Below are positions 13,531 to 27,831 of a DNA stretch of 64,000 nucleotides, piece after piece. Under the pieces are notes generated by a model. It was not told the origin of the DNA and searched no databases. It saw only the letters and a program-made list of their open reading frames with translations. This stretch comes from Cirrosporium novae-zelandiae. Taxonomy: Eukaryota. The position numbers and the translations under genes are program-made. The stretch covers positions 248,001 to 312,000 of the forward strand of contig JAPETS010000033.1 of the NCBI GenBank assembly GCA_026023565.1. The letters run 5' to 3'. Every line of letters starts with the position of its first letter. The stretch's first letter is position 1.

Positions 13531-14538
13531 TGAACGGCGAAAAGATTCCCCCCCGTCTCTCTCTTCAAGTGTTTTTTTCAACGGAGTAAAAGGCGCCAGA
13601 AAGGTGACGAACGAACAAAGACACATTCTCATACATACAGAAACGAAAAAAAAAATAATGGGCCAAATAAAAGAGGTGAAAAGGTGAAAAATTCCCCTCT
13701 TATATAAACATAAACATATAAACCATGAGGAGGCGGGAGGTTTTTGATGTCGATATTTGATGACGACTTTACATATGAGCATGCATACATGCACTTAACG
13801 AATAAACGACATATACATCTGATGCACTTACACACTTTGCATACACACTTACCACTCACCCCCCTTCCTACCCCGAGGACGCTATCGATCTAACATGATG
13901 TTATTCAACAAACTCCATATGTCAAATACCCCCTCCCAAAAAACAATATTCGAATAAATCAATAAAACATACATATCCCATAGTATATAATTTATCCCCT
14001 TTTCCATATTTTTTGTTTGTTCACCTACTCCTTTCATATATGTACGTGTGAACCATAACATCTCATCCCTCATCATGTTAATAATGGAGTATTTTTAAAA
14101 ATCATCATCCATCATTGTGTAAATAAAAAACAATGAAAGTAAGAATAGAAAAAACAGTCTTGGGTCTGATCCTGACCCTAACCCGACTTGATGGATCTGA
14201 CTGGACTGGGGATCCAACGCCAATAGCTAACCATCAAAGCATCATCTCCGTTTGACTCCGTTGTCGTTTCGTGTGGTGAAATGGAACATAAATAAAAAAT
14301 ATAAATGTGTGGCTGTGCCTGCACATTTTACCCTCTTCACATCTCGCATGTCGTAATTTATTATTTTAATTATGCCATTCCTTTTCCTTCATCCTCTTTT
14401 TTTTAAGGCATGTTATGTTTGGAATGTTTCGATACCCACCTCACTCTCCCATCAAATTCGTTCAGCGAACACTCCTTCTTTACTAGCTCGTCTGTCCATT
14501 AGGTTCCCTCCTCTCCTTTTTCTTACACCTTTGGGTTA

Positions 14539-16162
14539 TTAATGTCCACTCGGAGCTCGCCGATCAACAATCCTTACAGTATCTCCCAGCACAGGTAGCG
14601 CATCCCTAAACTCGGGTCCTAAGCTCCAATTCTCCAAATTCCTTAGGTGTCGTTCGAATATAGGATTGATAATGGGATCTCCACTTCCATCTCCATTTCC
14701 TCCTATATCTGTCACCAACAAGGCGTCCGTAGGCTCATACGGCCAATTCAGGGACAACGTAGTTGTATAAGGGAGAAAAAAATTCTCAAAAGGGTGGTCG
14801 CGATAGCAGGAGACAAGACGATCTCGTAAAAGAGGCCAGGGGAGGTAATCGACCCAAATTGGATGGGGAACGAAAAGCTGTGACGCTCGTGGAGTCATCC
14901 AATGGGGAATTCGTTCGTAGTTTTCTCGTGTTGGGAAAATCTGCCAGCGCATAAGGACAAACATGGCGTACAGTACAGCTACTTGCTCGGGCAGCCCTGA
15001 TATTCCCGGAAATTTGGAAAGGATGTCTGTAAGGACCTTGGAAAGGGGGTGGGAGTAACTCGCGGAGGGTGTAGAAGGATTAAGCAGGCTCGAGACGGAG
15101 GGGTAGGCAGGCCCAACAACAGCAGAGGAGCCGAGACCATCGCGAGCCTGTTTTTGGCGGGCCTTGACAAAGTCCAGGAAAATAGAGTCAAGGATGCAGG
15201 TTGGTGGGATATTAGCCACCGGAGTGTTGTGAGGCTCAAGGTACGACGGAAGCTGAGCCCGGGGACCTGGGAAAGGTGGAATATTTGAGGATTGATGGAG
15301 ATCTAATGAAGGTTGTTGGAGAATTGTATCACCCAATTTGTTTATGCGAGAGGATGGAGAAAGGAGAAAATTAAAACCGAGACGTTCACCCGTCCCACCA
15401 AAGTCATGAGAATTGAGGACTTGACTCCGTTGTTGCTCAAAGGGATTCTGTGTCGGCCAGGATTTGGTATCAACTATCGGTTGTTTATGAGAGGGAGGCA
15501 CTGAACGGCAGAGAGCGCTAGCAGAGTGGGACGAGGGTGACGGAGAATCTAGTGGGATCGAGGATTGGTTGGAACAAGGCGTTGCACCAGAGAGGAGATT
15601 AGGGTCGTTAGGGAAAGGGTTATAGGAATTATATGGTCGGGTCTGATCGATATGTGAAGTTGGCTCTGGAATGGCCCCAGATGCTAGATCTAACAAACAA
15701 TTAGTTAATGTTAGATGAGGAAACTATATTCGTACCAGCTAGACTTTGTGCTCCAAGGATGGGCTGAATGATGCTCAAGACGGATGAGAGTCTTCTTCGA
15801 ATCTCATCATTCTCTTGTTGGATAGCATCCTTTTGTTGTAAGACGGCCTGCAATTCTCGATAGGGATCTTGAGATGTGAGCTCATCAATTCTCTTCTCCA
15901 ACGAAGCAATCTGCTGTTTTGTTCTTTCCCTAATGTTTCTCTGTGCTTCACGATCATTTTTCCTCTTCTTCGCTAATTGCTCGGGGGTAAGGCTAGCTAC
16001 CCCCCTCGAGGTTGTAGATGCATTCCTTCTTTTCTTTCCAGGCCCAGGGGTGCCGGAGGGCGATCTATCACCATTCACTGACGGAATACCATTGCTGTGA
16101 GAATCGAGGGAGATAGATTCAGAAGGGATAGAATAATGTAGGGCAGTAGGATCATCGGTCAT
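14539..16162 (-). CDS. bZIP transcription factor with C-terminal DUF3425-type domain; intron 15735-15690
   Basis: Basic region QLAKKRKNDREAQRNIRERTK plus leucine zipper; C-terminal PHPIWVDYLPWPLLRDRL...LSLNWPY...FERHLRNLENWSLG. Confidence 0.88.
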
Positions 16163-16724
16163 GTCGGTGGCCAGCCATTGACTGGCTAACGAGTGGTGAC
16201 GATTGTCCACCCAGCAAGCACCAGCAAACACCAAGCGGGCAATTAGACGGCAGGGGATAATTATGCAGTGTTCACCTGATGGTTGGTAACCGGTAAGATA
16301 AGAGCTAATCGGGGACACGAATCTGGGGAACTCGGAAGGTGGAAGTCAGTCAGATACAGGATTTCTGCATCTCACGAGTCATGAAAAGACGGCATTGTCA
16401 AGCTGGCAATGTCAGGATGCATTTTGTGGCGTGTTACTTTGGTCATTAGAAAAATGCGAGTATTCCTATTACTAAAAGATAAAGTCGGCATCTTTATGGA
16501 CAAATTCACCGATGATTGATTAGGTAATTAATTAAGTAATACAGTATCAAACAGAACAAACATCTAGCAATTGTTGTAACCAGGAACTGAAGCTATTCCA
16601 AACAGCTCAGATTGAAGGTATTGTTCACCAATTCTCTTCAGGTCAAGTTTCAGCCCTCCTCATATTTTCTCTCATTCTCTCCACCTCTGTATGGAGTATC
16701 ATAGATGACCTGAATTTCATTCAC

Positions 16725-19700
16725 ATGGCTCCAGCAGGAGAGTTGGGATATTTCCCACCATTGGATAAATGTTTTGAAGGAGATGATCGATTAATGTGAA
16801 TCCCCCAAATCTGCTGCGCCATGTTCCCAACGGCACTAACATGTTCACAGATCATGGAAAACTACTTTTGACATCCTATCCACCGCGGATCCTCACGCAC
16901 ACCAAGGAAATCCTGCCATTGACCGCCACCTCTCCGATAAATATACCCAGAGTATACTCGCGAAACCCTTTGACCTATTCAAAAAGCCGAGTGCAGAAAC
17001 AAAGTCAGCTTTTGAGACTAAGACCTCTGCCATAAACATCACCCCCTCCAAAAACGGTGAATATGATATAAAAGAAGTGAAGGAAGACGCTCAGTGGTTA
17101 AGCGGAGAACTGCAGATCGATGAGATATCCGCGCTTCGGATTGTAGTTCTAGAATGGCAAACTCGCGCCGAGTGTCGCCTGGCAAATGGGTTCTCAGAGG
17201 AAGAAACCGCCGCACTTCAAGATGCCCTCGGTAGTAGCAAGTTTGGAGCTTCTGTCCTTCGACCTTTGCGCGATACCAATTCCAAGGCCTCCAGTTCCGA
17301 AATAAGTAGAAGAGCGCGATTACGTACCATCTACCTCTCCGAGCGACTCTATGCGCTGAAAGTCAGCCAATATCTCCTCAATGCAGCGCTTTTTGGGGTG
17401 CCCATACAGGATGCATCAGCACCCCCGGGCGCGAAGGGTAAAGGCAAGACTAAAAAGACTTCATGGGTGGAACGGAATGGACAGCCAATACTTGAAGCAC
17501 AGCAAAACAAGCCGATATTTATAGCGGAATGCGTGGATGCCTGTGTTGCTCGGACCCAGCTTCTAGAGAGAGGCAGCCAGTGGCATGTGGATGATCCCAT
17601 AAGAGGAGAAGCTGAAGAAGTTTGGGGGAGAAATATGCTACTTGAACTAATTCATGTCATGCAAATAATGTTCCTGCATTTCGATGCATCCCCGAGGCTT
17701 CTTTCGACTGATACGGTTTTAAAATGGTTCAATCTCATGAATACCTGTGCATTTTTTGATGGCTTCGAGCCGGTGAGCCAGACCCTCCATAGAAATGCAC
17801 AATTGACTAACATAATAAGCAATTTCCCTCGCACGCAACTTTGTTGTTTCCACTGCAATCGATGATTGCTATTACCTCCCTTACTATTCTCAATCTTCCA
17901 CTTGCTTTGGATACGGTCGTTAATTATTCAACTCACCAAAAGGGGGTAGCAAGCCCTATAGCTCCGAATGGCTCGCGCCCCCTTTATACACCATACTTTC
18001 TTGACCGTGCAAATATTGGCAAGCTAGTTGAAATCTTCTTCGCCGCGGCAGAGCGCTCTTCTACTACAGCCGGTCCCGCTCTATTTGCGTTCAGTATAAT
18101 TCTCCAGAACATGCGAATGGTCGCAGAAGATAATAAACAAGCTCGAGAAGAAGAGGATCTACATATAGGCGATGAGTGGAGCAGTCCTTCTGATCATGAC
18201 TCCCTTGGGTCCTCCCCTGACGCCTCAAGACGGCAAGCACCCCATCGAAATTCTCTATCGTTACAGAGGACTTTGCCAGAGGAGATTCTTGAAATGGTCC
18301 AGAGTCATGACTCGGACATTGACGTTATTGAGGCCTTGGCCAGAGGTGCGGCTGACTTTTGCCGCGTCTTTGACGTTATCGCTGGTCTCGCCACTCGATT
18401 TTGTGATCGTTTCAATTCCGGTAACGGTGATGATACTGGATTGAGGATGCGCAAGAACCTCTTGTTGCTTATACGTGCTGGTCTAGATCTGATGGATTAT
18501 GTACCAGAAGTTCTGGCAGCTGTCCTCTCCATACTCTCAGGCTCCGAACCTTACCAAGATTCATACAACCACCCAACTGAAATCAATGCTTCTGATCCAA
18601 GGTTAATTTTTCTCAGAGACGATGTCCTGCTTGATAAGTTGTTAAAGATCGCCCAAACCCGTTTCCCGTACGAGGCTACTCCCTTTCTCAAGCTGTGTCG
18701 CGCTCTCGCCTCCTGCAGACTTGTCGATGATGAGTGTATGCCTCTTATAGGGTTGTTCCTAGAGCGACTGGAATTCTTTACTCAAGCCATACCGGTTGGA
18801 TATACTGATTATGAACCAGTACGAGAAATAGAAAATGCCAACCTGGTACACCTAACGGCAGATATCGATATGTTCCCCGGTAAGGCTTCTAGGCCCCCAA
18901 TGAGACTTCAGTCCGGCTCTCAGATGGCTTTGGTACCAAGTGCCCCTGAAAATTTCGATGAATTCAAACTAGAGGAGGGCACCCTTGGACAGGTCGTTTC
19001 AGAGTCGAAGCCTCTGGTCATCACATGGAAACATCAATATTCGTGTTTTAGATACCTAGGAAGATTTTTGGAACAGTACCTAGCAAATGGCTTTGTAACG
19101 AATGATAAAATACGTTTTGATGACCCTGAAGACGTTACGATTGAAATTATTGGTCTTCTGAGTACTATGCTCAAAACATCGGTTGATGCATCCACGAAAC
19201 AATCGGGTCCCTTTGGCTCAGTTATGGCTGCCCGGAAAATACTTGAAGATGCCAGCGATGGACTTGACCGAACAAGAGATGTGGTCTCGGTAATATTTGA
19301 TATTTTCGAGGCAACCATGCTTCGACCACAGCTACGTCCGGGAGATTCGCGGACTCTGGATTTGTTGGTCGTCTGCCTGAAATTTGTTCGTGCAGTAGTG
19401 CCAGTCGTTCCAGGAAGGGTCTGGCCATTTCTGTCAAGATGTAGTTTACTCGACATGGATGGTCGAGGTGGCAAGTTCAACACCATTGTTGCCTCTCTTG
19501 AGATTCCAACAGGCCGGTATGCGTTCTTAAGTAACTTTATCGGTCTTTATCAATCTTTGCTTGAAGATGCAATCACGTTTACTGTGTTACGCAACCCAAA
19601 GGTTAATGCTAGAGCCCGAAATGAGAGAATCGAAAGTGCTAGCACGGGAGCTCCTGTACATGTTATGGGTAAGATCCTAACCGCTCTAGAACAGATAAGT

Positions 19701-22511
19701 TTGAATGTTTTTGAAAGCATGCCCAACTGGAAGTTTTCAGATGCTGAGGAAAAATTAAGAATTACTTCCAATATCATCAGCATCTTTAAATCCATCTTAT
19801 ATTATGGATTCGGGGTTGATGATGAATCAGAGCCTGCGTCTAAAGTCAGCAGCGTGATAAATTCTGGTTCAGCACATGCTGTGGAGACTTTTCTTTCTAC
19901 ATCTCGAGTAGGATTACCAATCGATGTCCTTCTCCAGATCGTCCTCGAGAGTATCGACAACCCGAATTCTAGTCTCTTTGTTGAACCAACACGCCTATGG
20001 GTTTCGGAGGTTGCCTCCTCACTCGAATTGATTGAGTCGTTGATTAGAGTGCGGAAGCAATTCGATTTACCCTTCTCTCGGCTTGAATCGCAGCTATTCA
20101 AGGCTACACCTGTGCTGGTCCGCGTGTACGTAACGCATTATTCTTATCGATCTCTGGTGGCTAGCCTTCTTGAAGAGCTTGTAAGGAGTGTCGCAACTGT
20201 GGAAGGCAATCCTCCGTCGTTGCTGGGTCATCTTGGCCCTAAGACTGTCATGGATTTCCTAGAAGTTCTCTCCCATCTCGATAAACCAACAGAAGATGAA
20301 AGTTTACAAATTGGTATCTGGAATCTTCTTGCTGGGATAGTCTCTAGCCGTCAACGGTGGCTCTCTATTTGTTTGTTAACTGGAGTCACTCCTAAGCAAA
20401 GTATTGAGAAGAAGACAAATGATGCGAGTGAGATTGCCAAAAACAAGGCCCTTCTCACCATTGCTCTCGACGCTGTTGTTAGCAGCTCTAGCATGGATAG
20501 CCCCGTTCTCCCGGCTATGCTAGAATTTATATCATTAGCAGAAGAACACTGGCCATGGGCAATGACTGATCTTCACAAGCATCCAAAATTCTTGAATGCT
20601 ATATTGAATGACCTCGGTACAATGAAATCAATCAAACCTGGGAAAGACTTTGGAGCAGATGTTAAAAATGGTTATTCAACCAGAATCGCAGCCTTCTTTG
20701 CAGACATCCTAGCAACCTACATCCACCACTCAAGGTCACTTGGTGATACTTCCTTCGTTAAAAAGCTTTCCCCTCATCTCCAGCTCTTCGTGAATAATGG
20801 AGTAGCTGTCTCGGCATATAACACGTCGCTACATGCTAATCTTGCAAAGAATTTTGAGGCGAGGTTTCCAAACTACAAATTACATCAGTTCAAGCGTACT
20901 ATCAGTCAAAAAAAACCTCTCGGGAGGGACTTTTACTATGATATTCCCCTCATGAGCAAGGTGTTGAGTTTCGACCCCGCTTGGGAGGGTGCAAAAGGTC
21001 AAGGTTTTATGGAGGAGTTTGTCCGGGCCAATATCAATTTATCCGTGGTTGAAGCTCAAGTTGTAAGTATTCTTCCCGATCCGTCTATCGTTCTCGTTCT
21101 AACACTTTTGAAGAACCTTTTGCAAAGCTGGAAGTTCCTAGCAATAGAGCTTAGCTTCACGGTCCAGGAAAAAGAACTCCGAACGGGACTGTTTAAAGTG
21201 GCAAACGACTGTTTGGTATCCAATACGGAAAACAATCTCCCCGAAAAGTTCTTCCAGTCACTCCTCCTGACTAGAGCTGATCTTGCTTTGGCTCTCCTGC
21301 AGAGACTTGTCAAAATCAACGGAGATGAACCTGATGCTGCATCGCTTCTCTTTAATGCCTGGGATGCGGTCAGAGCATGCGGACCAAATTTCGAGCTCTC
21401 GTTTGACAACACTAACATGGACTATTACCGCTGCCTCCTTAAAATTCTCTTCCTAACTCTCCAATTTCAACTTGTGGACCAGACCAAAAAACTAGCACAG
21501 CTACAAAAGTCAACATCTACTTCCCGTGCCATTGTTCCCTCTACAGACTCCAACATCTCCAAAGTAATGCAAACAGTATTGGAAATTTTGACAATAGTCG
21601 TTGGGCAAGGTTTCCGCTCCTTGACAAGTATCCTACACGAAAGCCCACAAAAAGTCCTTCCTGCCGACTTCGCTCTCTTAACAGCAATCCTCCAAGTCTG
21701 TCTCCAGATGCCGAGAATCGAACTCATCTACTCGCCAGTTGTCATGCAACTCGTTGATAGTCGCATAGCGCGGTATGCCATTACATTGTTTTCATGGTCT
21801 GACCAGCTCGCTATTGATGGAGATCCCGTGTATGGTGAGCTTAGTATCTTGCTGTTATTGGCACTATCAACCGTGCCTATGATGGCGGAGCATCTCGCAG
21901 TAAGCGGTATCATCAGCCAAATTTCCGCCGCGAAGCTCATAACTATATACCGTCGAAATCCGGGACCAAAACCGTTCGACCAACAACCCCGTCTCTACGC
22001 CATTTGGGCCACTGGTGTGGTACCTTTATGTCTTAACCTCCTTCATGCTATTGGTGCGGGTTTGGCTGGTGAAATCGCAACATTCTTAAACGGTTTTCCG
22101 TCACAACTATCCCGTGCGGCCGAATCTTTCAATCCAGATGTCTCGCCCTCGGCTGATGCTCCGACTATGGGATGTGTCTCTCTAACAATGGTTTCAGAAG
22201 CACAAACTCTTGCACTAATATCTTTCATTCTCGATACCGTTAGGGCAGCGGGCCCAAGTGCAGGCATTGAACCCACACAAGTACCCGAATTAGCATGGGA
22301 CAAGGGAAGACTGAAGGAAGATATCGAAAACTTTCAGAGGGCAGGAAAGAGTATCAAGAGTAGGATATTACCTACCACTTCAAGGGAGGAAGCTTTATCG
22401 AGACAAAAAGCAAGGCATTTTGATACGGGGATGGAGAATCAATTGCAAGAAAAGGTCATGGAAGATTTAAAAGGCACGCTAGCCATTTTGGAGGGGGTGT
22501 CGGATGTGTGA
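16725..22511 (+). CDS. NUP188: Nucleoporin Nup188 (Nup184-like); introns 16796-16850, 17773-17819 and a probable in-frame intron 21063-21113
   Basis: About 1,880-aa helical protein starting MAPAGELGYFPPLDKCF...SWK...FETKTSAINITP...IKEVKEDAQWLS...IDEISALRIVVLEWQ; also RFPYE and SLHANLAKNFE...LGRDFYYD blocks typical of fungal Nup188. Confidence 0.85.
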
Positions 22512-23072
22512 TTGAAAGTGGTTTGATTAGAAAAGCACGAAGGAGCATTCATGGCATGGATATATACCAAACTTTCTCGGAGTTCCTCGATTCTTTATAT
22601 GGGCATGGTTGATTAAATGCCAGGACAGACTTTGATCTAATGGTCTTTACTGAAGGAAGGCTTGGCAGGTGGAACATTTTGTATCATTGGACTTCTAATC
22701 CACGGTCTCGGGTGCAGTTTTCATCCAGAGAGATATAGACGACTATTCGAGTGATGATTTGCGATTACATGGCTTTTCCCAGCCAAGATACCATGCTATC
22801 TATATTTATTGACATGTATCACACACATTCTCTACCATCCCTATGGTTGATTTTTCACAGGAATCTCACGTTACTAACATAGTCGACTAGTTTTCACAGC
22901 ACAGTACAGTACACGAGCAAACAGCTTACCTAGGAATTTTATAGATTCCGTCCTTCTTCTTGAGTATATCCTATCCTTAATAAAAAAAAATTCTTTGCCA
23001 AACAAAAAACACCCAAAATTCCACACAAATATTCATTCAATTCCATATTTATATATATATATGCCTATTAAA

Positions 23073-25031
23073 TTATAATCTAGAAGAAGAAGAAGAAGCT
23101 CTAGCAATCATAATCCGTGACTCACCACCACCACCACCACCACCACTACTATCTACTTCCCGTTTAGCCCTTTCCCTAATAACCTTTCTTAAAATCTTGC
23201 CCGAAGGGGTTTTGGGGATATTATCCACAAATACGATACCACCTGTGATTTGTTTCGTTTTTGAGACTTTTTCGGACATGAATTTTATGATGGATTGTGC
23301 TGCTGCTGCTGTTGTTTCTGTTTTTGTTTTTGCCTTGTTGTGTTCTTCTTCTCCTTTTAGAACTATATAGGCTCGGGGATATTCTTCTCCGTTTCTGTTT
23401 GAAACTTGTTAGTACTACTGCTGTACTGTACTGTACACCACTCCAGCTCCCCCTCCCTTAGTAGAGTAGCTTGCAGACTTGCTTACATTGTTACACCAAC
23501 TACAGCAGCATCCGCCACGGCATGGTTTTCCAGTAAAACTGCCTCCAATTCTGCCGGGGCCACTTGGTTCCCTTTCACCTTTATTAATTCCTACTTTCAT
23601 GGTTAGCTCTCTCGATCCGATCCCCCCAAAAAAATATTTCAAAGGTAACAACTCTCTCTCTCTCCATACCTTTTTTCTATCCACAATATGGAACTTTCCA
23701 TCCTCATCTACCACCGCAATGTCGCCGCTCTTCAACCACCCATCCTTTGTAAGTGTTTCCCTTGTCGCTTCGGGGTTTCTCCAGTAGCCTTTCATCACAT
23801 TGGGGCCTCGCATCCACAGCTCCCCCCTCTGCCCCCTCCCTAACTCTGTCTTTCCGTCATCGTCCATAATCTTGGCCTCGCAATTCGGGTTCAACTCCCC
23901 CACCGCACTCCCCTTTGCAATTTCATCGGGATGCCACCCCATCAGTGAACACGTGCATTCCGTCATGCCGTATCCCTGCCTCACGTTGATTTTCCCTTTC
24001 TCCCACAGGCTTTCAAACTCCTCGCATACCTCCCCGCTCAGGGGTGCGGCTCCACTTCCAACCTTCTCCACGCTGGACAGATCGAACTTTCTCACGATTG
24101 GGTGTTTTGCCAGGGCCACCGCGATCGGCGGGACCAGAGTCAGCTCTGTGATCCGATACTTCTGTATGTATTCCAACATCTTCAGGAAATCAAATTTCGG
24201 CATGATATATACGGGGATCTGCCTCATTGTGGCATTGGCAATGAATATCGTCTGCGCCATCGCGTGATACATGGGCAGGAAACATATCCACCGTAAATGC
24301 TTGTTTCGTGCTTCGCAGTTGGGATCCCCCGTGCTGTGATAGACCATCTGGCAGGTATTCGCAATGTAATTCCGATGAGTGATTTCCACGCCTTTGGGCT
24401 TGCCCGTGGTGCCACTGGAATAATTCAACGCCAGAGTCCTATTGGCATCTCCTCTCGTCTTGAATTCCTCCCATCGGAACCTCTCCCCATCTTCCACACT
24501 TGCGATTAATTCACCCCAATACCGACACCCTCTCCACTCTTCCCTTTCGCTCCCACCATCATTTGTTGGCCCATCAAACACCCCATCATCAAAAACAAAC
24601 ACATTCCCCTTCCCCAATCCCACCATCTCCGCAGCCTGAATCCCCGTTTCCAAACTCCCCTTGGAACAAATCAACCATCTAGCCCCACTATCCCCCAACT
24701 GCGACGCCAGTTCCCTGCTCGTATACCCAGGATTTGCACCCGTGAACACGCCCCCCGCCATCACGATCCCCATAAATGCTACGGGGAAGAACAAATTGTT
24801 GCCCGAGAATAACAGAACGCGGTCACCGGGCTCGAGGCCAGACATCTGCATCCCGGCTGCGAAGCGCTTGCTCCATAATCTGAAGTCTGCGGTGGAGAGC
24901 ACGTGGGTGTGAGGGCGGTTGGCGTCGATGAATTTGGGGGTTGTGGGGAGAGGGTGAGTTGGAGATGTGAAGAGGTAGGAGGGAAGGGAGGTATCGGGGA
25001 TCGAAATCGTCCAACGGGATTTGAGGGGCAT
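23073..25031 (-). CDS. 4-coumarate/phenylacetyl-CoA ligase-like AMP-binding enzyme with PTS1; introns 23669-23591 and 23486-23395
   Basis: YSSGTTGKPKG, QGYGMTE, GELWMRGPNVMKGY, GWLKSGD, spliced DRKK|ELIKVKGNQVAPAELE, IPKTPSGKILR; ends -SRL*. Confidence 0.92.
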
Positions 25032-25386
25032 AGTTGGTGGGTTAGGCTGGGTAATAGTAAAGGGTGAGTGAGTGAGTGAGTGAGCGGAGCGAGCCAGCCA
25101 GCATAAAATAAAGTAGAATGTCCCCTCTTGTTATCTCAATATTTTCCCTCTCTCTCACTCTGTAGGGTATCTATTCTCCTCAATTTAACCCCGCAGATTT
25201 TCACCCTGCCCCCACCTCCAATCCAAGTTTCTTCCCCCCTCCCAAAAAAAAAAGACGGCTATCTGATTCAGCAACGAAAACAATAAAACGGAAGCAACGG
25301 CAACGAACAAACAAATTTTCTTCCACTCACTCACTCAATTGCTCTGATTAATTACCTAGCTATCCGTCCAGGACCTCGGAAGTTCC

Positions 25387-25423
25387 AAGTCCCAAGTCCC
25401 AAGTCCCAAGTCCCAAGTCCCAA
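25387..25423. repeat. Heptamer tandem repeat (AAGTCCC)x5
   Basis: Directly visible upstream of the 4CL-like gene. Confidence 0.9.
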
Positions 25424-27831
25424 AACCTCGGGGGTTCAAATACAACGTCAGTTCACGTCAAACAAGTCAAAGAGACCTTTCTCGCACACAAACACACACA
25501 CACACATATGTACTATACGTCAATTAATACTTTGAACCAACAACCCCATGTACGTGCGCTGCGTGCGTGCGGGTACGGGGTGCCGAAGGCGGGTGGAGTT
25601 CGGTAAACAATAAATTAAAATTAATTAAATGATGTTTGTTTCGTTTGTTGGTTCGTTTATCGTATGCAGATCCGGGGTATTGGGGTCAGCGAATGTTTTG
25701 ATTAAACTTAATTTATATTCATTACTTTCACGAACAAAAAAATGTCAACGCATGGGTGGGTAATTAGGTGATTGTATTCTTGAAAAAAAATGGAATTTTG
25801 ATTGTTTTGTTTCGTTTTTCTTGGTTATATATTTAGGTATGGACTATGTACGTGTATATTTATGCGTAATTTTGTGTATTGTGCGTTTAGGATTCGGTAA
25901 TTTATTAATTCTAATTAATAGATACCTAGGCAGATAGATAGATGTACTGTACTGTATTATATAATTACCTAGGGCCTAGTCAAAGGATACAGTGATCCAA
26001 AAAGGTAGGTTCGGGTTTAGGTTCAAATGCCGAAACGGCAGTTCTTTTAGATACGTACCTAGGTAGGTAGCTTGATTGTTCCTGTACGTATCGTATCGTA
26101 TCTGTTCTCCGCGTTCCTTATCAACAATAACCGATGCGTAGTAGTGCCTTTTACTTGTAGATCCCAAGTCAAACGCCACTCTCTCCTCTGCCCCTCCCCG
26201 CCTCAGCCCTTAAAAAAAAGTGGGGTCGATCGAACCGAGGATTGTTATTGTTGTTACCGTCTGTTTCCTGTAATTTACTAATTACAGAAGTACCCCGGTA
26301 GTTCTACTTGGAGATATGTAATTGCCGAGGCTCCTCGGTATAAATATGGGTGGGTAATGAGCCGAGAAAAGTATGGTAGGGTACTTGCCTAGGTGGGTAG
26401 GGTACTTGCCTAGATGGGTAGGTACCTAGGTAGGTAAACAGTTGCTGTACCTAACTGAAGCGGGTTAGGTTATATGTTTGCGTAGTTTGCGTAGTTTGCT
26501 TAAGGATTTATATAGCCCCTCAGCGGGTTGCAAACTTAGAAACTACAACATACGCCCTTTACTGAAATTGCACATTGCACCTAGTTGTATACCATGGACC
26601 TAGTTAGAAATTCAAGGAATAACCCTCCTTTGCACTACACATAGTGGCTTTTCTCTTGAGGCTCAACATTTGTTCATCCAAAAAATCGACGCCCGATTTT
26701 GCCTGATTCTGCCCGAAAATATTTATCTAGCCTATCATAACTTTTACATGACACCTGCGAGCGGCACCATTTGTGAACAATCTAGAGGATACACAAGAAT
26801 CAATCCTGGCTAAGATACCAGATATCCTCTTAACCCACAACATTCAAGACTTTGCTTATCCGCATTTTCATATCAATCCCACTTAACTCCATCAAAACCT
26901 ATACCACTCGATACCTACCGATCTATCTACTTCTAATACCTCACTCTAAGCCCCTCTCTCCAACAATCCCTGTTAGGAATTCTGACTTGGTCAGCTACCA
27001 GCTCTACCATGATGAAAGAAAGCCTTTGTATTTTATCTATGACCCAACAACTTACGGGCAATCATATCGTGATTTATGAAAAGGCAGAAAGTCCCTATGC
27101 ATTCCACCACCACGCAATCTAGATCCATGACGGATGTTAATGAAATTCTCATTCCCTCTGGGCATTGAGTAGCTTAATTTGCGAGGTAGAATTGGCCCGC
27201 GTTTGATGGGAGCCACGATTATTTTCAAGGCTTTGAGGTTTATTTTTCTCAGAAGCCAAGGTGGTGGTCTCATAGCTGACCACTAGCACCTTGAGGTTAA
27301 ACCATTGTTATCGTGCCCCAGTTTGGGGTGTCTCGATGAGGCTGAGGAATATGTCAAGCATGATGGTGGGGTTGCATGTGGCAGCAGTGCGCAGGAATTG
27401 CTCCGCCTTGGTGACGATGAAGGATTTCTGCTGCCCTCTAGCATGAGCTACAGCAAGTTCAGCCTCTCTGTTAGCATATGCGAACATTTCACACTCACAG
27501 CAGCGACTTTATCTGGGTTCATAGGCATAATGGTAGGGTTCATTTGCAGTGCTTGACGGACGACATAACGGAGAAGATCTTCGAGCCCTTGTATTGGTTT
27601 TGTGAGTTCTGTTGGTCCAAGGGTCCATGTTTAAAAGCATGCGATCCCTCCGTTGGACTAACCAGACTGTCTACCTGCAATACTTGAACTCCTATCACCT
27701 GCTCATCATCAATTCCCCCATTCGACCTTCAAAATCTTTTGCCCCAAACAGCTTTCTCGATAATCTTACCTCGTCTAAATGTCATCAAAGGGTAGATATT
27801 TCACTTTATCGAATCCAAAGAACTTACGCTC

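Noticed and set aside
1..25031. Apparent lipid/oxylipin cluster (Ppo, DUF2235 hydrolase, GDPD, acyl-CoA ligase)
   Set aside because: Interleaved with Nup188 and other unrelated genes; no shared regulatory signal seen, so probably coincidence.
26377..26435. Short tandem duplication TAGGGTACTTGCCTAG[G/A]TGGG
   Set aside because: Part of the TACC/GGTA low-complexity pattern common in intergenic DNA throughout the window.
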